64,000 nucleotides of DNA from Anolis carolinensis. Lineage: Eukaryota. Positions 59,802 to 64,000 of the stretch are shown one piece after another. The translations under genes were made by a program, and so were the position numbers. Position 1 is the stretch's first letter; the number at the start of each line of letters is the position of its first letter. Location: positions 13,937,190-14,001,189 of the forward strand of contig NC_085846.1 in assembly GCF_035594765.1 (NCBI RefSeq), written 5' to 3'. Under the pieces are notes generated by a model that was given only the letters and a program-made list of their open reading frames with translations, was not told the origin of the DNA and did no database searches.

Positions 59802-60081
59802 CACACAACCCCCCTTGCAAGGAGAGCATGAGAAAACAGATGTTCTTAGTACTGGAGTAGGAATCTGGACCGTATGCAGTCCCTCATTTAAAAACTGATA
59901 AAATTTTCAGGCCATTTTTGCCCCCCAAATTATAGAGAAAGCCCTTATGTGATAATGTGCAAAAATACACTCACCTATATGAGCAACATAGAACCCCACA
60001 CTATCCAAAATACAGTGACCCAGTTAACTGGGGCTCAAGCAATTAGTGAAAATTTGAAGAAATAATACTTCCAATACTATA

Positions 60082-60087
60082 AATAAA
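60082..60087 (+). terminator. Candidate poly(A) signal of the ZNF gene
   Basis: AATAAA about 280 nt after the stop codon. Confidence 0.45.
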
Positions 60088-60332
60088 ATACGAACAGACT
60101 TTGCTTTCCAGTCTCTCCTTTTCTATAGCCAAGAGGAGAAAGTTCATTCTAGGTTCTTGACTGAAATGTTTTATAGTCTGTCTCTTTTTATACGGGAAAT
60201 GTGTGTTCTTTCATTTACTTCAAACAGTGATGAGCCAGCCTTGTCATCTTGGGGGGGGGGGGGGGGCTTTTTCCACATTTTGTCAAATGGGACCCAGACT
60301 GATCTACCACTGAATCCCATCCCAGTAGTGTC

Positions 60333-60620
60333 GGAGCCCTGGTGGTGCAGTGGGTTAAACCCTTATGCCGGCAGGACTGATGACTCGAAGGTTGTGTTGC
60401 CAACCTGAAGGTTGCCAGTTAGAATCCAACCTGGGGAGAGTGTGGATGAGCGCCGTCTATCAGCTCCAGCTCCATGCGAGGACATGAGAGAAGCCTCCCA
60501 CAAAGATGGTAAAACATCAGAACATCTGGGCGTCCCCTAGGCAACGTCCTTGCAGACGGCCAACTGTCATCAGAAGCGACTTGCAATTTCTTAAGTCGCT
60601 CCTGACATGAAACAAAAAAA
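60333..60620 (+). mobile_element. Sauria-related SINE
   Basis: GGAGCCCTGGTGGTGCAGTGGGTTAAACCC tRNA-like head; A-rich tail. Confidence 0.65.
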
Positions 60621-60699
60621 TCCCAGAAGTTCCACCAATTTCTAAGCAACCCAACCATCCGCCTCAGGGTCCCATCCCAATTTGGGGTTCACATTGTGT

Positions 60700-63550
60700 C
60701 CTGATCCAGACAAAAGCATTACCTTCTGGTCCAGACTCTGTTCTGTAGCCTAACTTTAGCCTTGCAATCCTATTCATGAAACCGCTGATCTTTTTTGAAA
60801 TCCTCATGGCGCTGTGGAAGAATTGCTTTTTCAAAACTGCCATGATCTCTTTATTTCCATCTCTGTGGCCTTAGTTTAAATTTCTCTCTGGTCCAGACAT
60901 TGGTTTTGGAGTTTTTCCAAGAGCAAACCTCATAGGTTTTCTCTCATCCTTTGAGGAACTTCACTCCTTGATGCCACGTTTACTTATTTTCTTTGACTCT
61001 AAACCTTTGCCCGATGAACTGAATCCGATCTCTGCCTGAATTACTGAGCATCTACTACCTCTGGTTAAAAAGGGGTGTCAAATATACCACCCATATCCCA
61101 TTCATGAACAGGTTAGCCCTGGTCATGAGTTTTCTTTTGTGAAAACGAATAGAGAAACTTCAGAATTGCTTACCTGTCTTGTTATTCTGCCAAGGAATTT
61201 AGGGCATTTTATCCTCACAAAATAAAAGATAATTTGGGCTAGATTTTTGTCAATTAATGTCATTGCTTGGGTAGGGATTCCTTTACTCAAATTCTTTCCT
61301 AGAGAGCTCTAGTGAACTCTCCTCAATAATAGTCGATGGATCGACACATATCCAAAACCTGGGTCCGATATGCTGTAACATGGATTCTGCTGGTTCTTTG
61401 GGCTTACCCAGAAATCTACAGAACTCTGATTTTTCTTCTATATGTGACTACAGTACTCCAGAATCCTTCAGGCTAGCCAGTTGTTGCAGCAGTGGGCATT
61501 AGTCACTTCTCTTGTTGCTTCCTTCCTGATGTTTGTGTAGATTTGAATGGGGCACGACCCTTTACAGAAGGATTTTTAATTGCTGTCACTACATCCTGGT
61601 GGAGTGCATGGTTTAAAAGGTAAGTGTAGAGAAACCTTTTTGGTCATTGCAATGGCACATTGTACATGTAATTACTAGGATGCCAGCTATTACCTTTTGC
61701 AGAGGAACAGAACAAAGATGAAGATTTTTAGGAACCTGAATACTATAGCCAACATTAACCCAGTGATGTATTTTTATTTTTTGAAGGGTTTTGATGCTGA
61801 GGCAAGGTGGGGTGGGGGAGAGAGTTGAATTGTAAATCTAAGTCCTAGTCATTATGATTGTAACTTTTAAGTACCATGGTTCTTTTCAGATCAATTCTCT
61901 GTAATCTCCAGATCTAGAAGGCGGAAAGTAGGTTTTCATGAAGGCATATTATCTTCCACACTTTTAAAATTCTTCCATGGAGGACTACCAGGGTCTGTAA
62001 ACTATATTCCAGATGAAGAACCTGGCAAAACCACCTCTGAGTAACCTTCATATTAAATTTATGGGGAGTTAATAAACCAATAAGTGACACACAAAGAAAG
62101 AAAAGCTGCCTCGGTGTCTCCAGAGGGCAGTAGTGGGCTTGAAACCAATGATTTGCAGTGACTAAACCCAAATTTTCATCAGCATCTGGAGTGAAGGAAG
62201 TTTCAGCTGTTGGATTTTTGCCTTTCCTATAGCTTTATAAGTCTACATATCCAATCTAATTTCTGTGTGTTTGCGACACTAATGCCTGACAAAGAGATTG
62301 CATTTGGGATGTAGGTGAATTGTATGTACTTCATACAATCCACCTTCACAAGAACCCTTTAAAATAGACAGAAATTAGTCTGTAGGTCTAGGATTACTTA
62401 TCTTTTTTTATTTTTCTTGAGTGTGGAAGCAGTTTTCCCTCAATGGTATTTCATATCCTCTAATATTTCCTAGATGAAATGGGGATATGCGGCCAAGGAA
62501 ATCGGACTCAGCCAGAAGGATGCTGCAGTCAAGTCTATTATTGGCATCTGTTCAGACGCTTGGTACTTTTGGGGAAATTACTATACATTAACTTTAATAT
62601 ATAAATGAAAATATAAAAAGTCTTGATATATGTTTGTTTGTGCATATATATATATATATATATGGAGAGAGAGAGAGAGGGAGGGAGAGAGTCATCACGA
62701 ACGGCAATCACTCGCAGCCAAGTATGATCATAAATGACAGTGAAGACCCATTTTGGATCTGCATGGTCTTGGACATAGATTTCCAGATAGAAGGCAGTCA
62801 TGACAGGGGTTTGCTTGATGCGCCTTCCCCTTGGCATATTTCTCTCTTTCACCCTCCGTTCGTGCCTCTTCAAAATCCATAACACTGTTGATAACAGTTG
62901 ACCACCACTTACAAAGCGTGAATGCCAGGGCTTCCTAGTTCTTGGTGTTTATTCCATATTTTTAAAGGTTAACTTCAAGTCCATCTTTAAAGAGTAAGAC
63001 AAAGTTTAAGTACAATTGTGCTTGCAATATTCAATTATAGCTGGCTCCATAGAACCTAGAAAGAGGTACTATCGACAGAAATGCAAGATGGGTGATAACT
63101 ACCTTAGCAAATATAAAAGTACATGTAAAAAAGATATATGGAAATTGGTTGTAAGTATCGAATTACTATTTTCACCTGCAAGGAAGTAACTCAAAAGATT
63201 ATTGCATTTCTATTTTAATGCCCAGATTAAAATTTCAGTTTTTTCCAAAGTTATCCAAAGACATGACTTTTCCAAATACTTTCCTATATATTACAGTTCT
63301 CACACATTCCTCCTGCTGGATTATGCTGATGAAAGGATTTTTGAATTTTTAAACTAAAAGGTAACTTTTCCAGACTCTGTACTTGACTAACCGCCATGTA
63401 AACCCAGTCACAATCCTCTGACTAGCATTCACTTTGCTTCTTTTTGCCAACTTGTATTAAAAAAAGGAATTTTATATTGTCTGAGTTTCAGAAAAATCTT
63501 TAAACTTGGAAATGACTATTTGGAGGAAAATATGTTGTGGTTTCTATGCA
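60700..63550 (+). mobile_element. Possible ancient, highly decayed L1-like ORF2 remnant
   Basis: Faint colinear traces of RT motifs (K.PGPD near 61355, DAE.A...RVE near 61790, RG/RQG-like near 61980) but no open frame. Confidence 0.3.
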
Positions 63551-64000
63551 GAAGTGAGTGTGATCTCCAAGTTTTTTTTTTCTGACGGGAAATTAAAGTT
63601 GAAGCACCCCTCCATCCCTTTGAACTGTGGAAAATTCCAGGAAAGTGAAATATATATTTATGCATGTGTATATATATCTGGTGGTTTTGTTTCTAAAGGA
63701 TTTCCAGTGAACCTCAACAGCAAAGCAGATCAAAGCCTTTAAGATGGCACCTTAAAGACTAACCAATTTATTGCAGTGTGAGTTTTTATAAGTGAGGAAT
63801 TACTTCATCTGGACCCTGAGGTTGCCGAGAAAGGTATTTCAGTCCAGATGGTTGTGTTGATCCTTTTACAACACAATTCACAAAGGAAAAGTATTAATAA
63901 ATGGCTCCAAGAAAAACAGCTGTGGCCAATAGAGGAGCCAGGGCAGCACAAAGATGGACAGGTTACTTTTTGGACTGGAACTTCTCAAATTTCCAGAAAG

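Overview
Eukaryotic (vertebrate) genomic DNA, most likely from a squamate reptile such as Anolis. This is inferred from Sauria-type SINEs, SPIN-like hAT MITEs, Penelope and R4/Dong fragments. Spliced genes were reconstructed by hand from GT-AG boundaries and frame consistency. In order they are: the 3' part of CORO1A (+), BOLA2 (-), SLX1 (+, head-to-head with BOLA2), two minus-strand SCAN(-KRAB)-C2H2 zinc-finger genes whose SCAN domains are preceded by a Gypsy/Gmr1 Gag capsid-like extension, TACO1 (+), an intronless TBRG1-like (FYRN/FYRC) ORF (-) that looks like an intact retrogene, and a large multi-finger C2H2 gene (+). Introns and intergenic DNA are dense in SINEs, palindromic DNA-transposon MITEs, Penelope fragments carrying minimal hammerhead-ribozyme motifs, CR1/R4/L1 remnants and microsatellites. 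There are two N gaps. No prokaryote-type system (CRISPR etc.) is present. The most notable items are the intronless TBRG1-like gene, the capsid-extended SCAN-ZNFs, the Penelope hammerheads and an intronic tandem array built from copies of a SCAN exon end. Repeat family names come from recognition, not from database searches.
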